Part shown: piece after piece, positions 34,911-36,033 of the stretch
Position numbering within the stretch: position 1 is the first letter of the stretch
Layout of the letters: every line of letters starts with the position of its first letter
Assembly: GCA_964448985.1 (NCBI GenBank)
Contig: CAYVBI010000004.1
Coordinates: forward strand, 1-36,033
Reading direction: 5' to 3'
Length of the DNA: 36,033 bases
From: an uncultured Dehalococcoidales bacterium
Lineage (GTDB): Bacteria > Chloroflexota > Dehalococcoidia > GIF9 > UBA5629
Position numbers and translations under genes: made by a program
The notes under the pieces: generated by a model
What the model saw: only the letters and a program-made list of their open reading frames with translations
The model's database searches: none
Told to the model about the DNA's origin: nothing

Positions 34911-35351
34911 TTAATTCTCCGTTACCTTCATGATCAATACCAGCGGGTCTTTGATGTGTGGCCCAGCCCCGTTGTCCTTAAACAGGTAAAAATTCACTCT
35001 TTGGCCTTCCCCGGCATGGTTCAGAGTGAATTCCACCGGCTGCTCCCACTTCTGGCCGTCATTTAATTTGCCCACCGTTATCGACTTGATTATAGCATCA
35101 TTTTCCCTGATTTGAACTGTATAATCAGACAGTATCCCTTCGTGGTTCACGACGCCCACGATTACGCTAACAGGCTGCCCGGATATGGCCTGCGAAGGAT
35201 AATCAGTAGCTGCGCCCTGCTTGTCTAAAATGTAGAACTCGCTGAAGCTCTCAGACGGCTGTGAAGTCACACCCAGGTAGACGATCACCGCGATACATAC
35301 TAATATGGTGATTATTATTATGGCGGAGATTATTTTATTCGAGGTGGTCAT
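34911..35351 (-). CDS. Short DUF1616-family membrane-anchored protein
   Basis: One N-terminal TM helix, then FSEFYILDKQG..DYP, VGVVNHEG, WEQPVEF, FYLFK. ATG 35351 preferred over 35411. Confidence 0.78.
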   Translation of the reverse strand: MTTSNKIISAIIIITILVCIAVIVYLGVTSQPSESFSEFYILDKQGAATDYPSQAISGQPVSVIVGVVNHEGILSDYTVQIRENDAIIKSITVGKLNDGQKWEQPVEFTLNHAGEGQRVNFYLFKDNGAGPHIKDPLVLIMKVTEN

Positions 35352-35402
35352 GGTTTTATCACTTGCGGCGCTGCATTCTACGTACTGCGGGATGCGGTTG
35401 TC

Positions 35403-35484
35403 AATGCGCATATTGACCGGAAGTTAATAATTCAATAATATATAGGCTTAATGTCGGCAAAATATAATATGATAATGCGCATAT
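35403..35484. promoter_or_regulatory. Two copies of AATGCGCATAT (palindromic core ATGCGCAT) in a divergent promoter region
   Basis: Exact copies at 35403-35413 and 35474-35484. The first sits within the inverted repeat GTCAAT-N6-ATTGAC (35400-35417). TATAAT is at 35465-35470. Confidence 0.4.
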
Positions 35485-35509
35485 ACAAGTATATCCGGAA
35501 GCGTCTGTC

Positions 35510-36033
35510 TTGTTAATCGTCGCCTGTATCAAGCAGGTACCGGACACCACTCAGGTTAAGATCGATCCGGATACGGGCACGCTTATCCGCGAGGGCGTCC
35601 CTTCCATCATCAACCCTTTTGATGCCCACGCCCTCGAAGAGGCTTTGCGGCTTAAGGAAAAGTACGGCTTTAAAGTAGTAGCCCTTTCTATGGGGCCGCC
35701 CGGCGCGGAGATGACGTTGCGCAAGGCCCTGGCGGTTGGCGCCGACGACGTGGTGCTGCTGAGCGACCGCGCCTTTGGCGGCGCGGACACGCTGGCTACC
35801 AGCATGGTGTTGAGTTCAGCTATCCGCATGCTGGCCGAAGAGGACGAACTGGCCATGGTGATATGCGGAAAGCAGACCATTGATGGCGATACGGCCCAGG
35901 TGGGGCCTGGCATTGCCACGCGTCTTAAGTGCGCGCAGCTCACCTCGGTCGACCGCATCGAGAGCGTCGACCTCGAGCATAAAAGGATCAGGGTGCGCTG
36001 CAAGTTCGAGGACAGGTACGAGGTGCTGGATTC
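35510..36033 (+). CDS. etfB: Electron transfer flavoprotein beta subunit (EtfB/FixA), truncated by the window end
   Basis: Manual translation from TTG 35510: MLIVACIKQVPDTTQVKIDPDTGTLIREGVPSIINPFDAHALEEALRLKE..SMGPP..ALAVGAD..SDRAFGGADTLATS..CGKQTIDGDTAQVGPGIA; no stop before the edge. Confidence 0.93.
   Translation, partial: MLIVACIKQVPDTTQVKIDPDTGTLIREGVPSIINPFDAHALEEALRLKEKYGFKVVALSMGPPGAEMTLRKALAVGADDVVLLSDRAFGGADTLATSMVLSSAIRMLAEEDELAMVICGKQTIDGDTAQVGPGIATRLKCAQLTSVDRIESVDLEHKRIRVRCKFEDRYEVLD

Noticed and set aside
34905-34915. glmS ribozyme upstream of glmS
   Set aside because: Only 2 nt separate glmS from the upstream CDS, leaving no leader.
35551-36003. 150-aa minus-strand ORF at the right end
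   Set aside because: It is the antisense shadow of etfB, which is clearly encoded on the plus strand.

Overview
Bacterial genomic window, most plausibly Chloroflexota/Dehalococcoidia. That assignment is an inference from the sigma70-type promoters, a cobalamin riboswitch, bacterial cobU/cobT, and a corrinoid-salvage gene order close to that of Dehalococcoides. Left to right: (1) a >707-codon minus-strand single-pass surface protein missed by the ORF track, with signal peptide, two putative-Ig domains, two GxGW repeats, a TM helix, a poly-Pro stretch and a cytoplasmic tail running off the left edge; (2) a minus-strand, riboswitch-controlled corrinoid uptake and completion operon, btuF-btuC-btuD-cbiB-cobD-cobA/O-cobT-cobS-cobU; (3) a ~25 kb protein-glycosylation locus of two convergent arms; (4) the 5' part of etfB at the right edge. 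The plus arm of the glycosylation locus starts with a euryarchaeal-type AglB/STT3 oligosaccharyltransferase, followed by an AT-richer cassette of amino-sugar enzymes, a frameshifted radical SAM/SPASM gene, a flippase, glycosyltransferases and an AsnB-like amidotransferase. The minus arm carries DUF1616, glmS, a DPM1/AglJ-like GT2, a GDP-mannose 3,5-epimerase-like enzyme, a CgeB-like GT, DUF362, a methyltransferase and DUF2206. The most notable signal is an apparently complete archaeal-style N-glycosylation system in a bacterial chromosome, with a candidate substrate encoded nearby. All family assignments come from motif recognition by eye; no database search was run.
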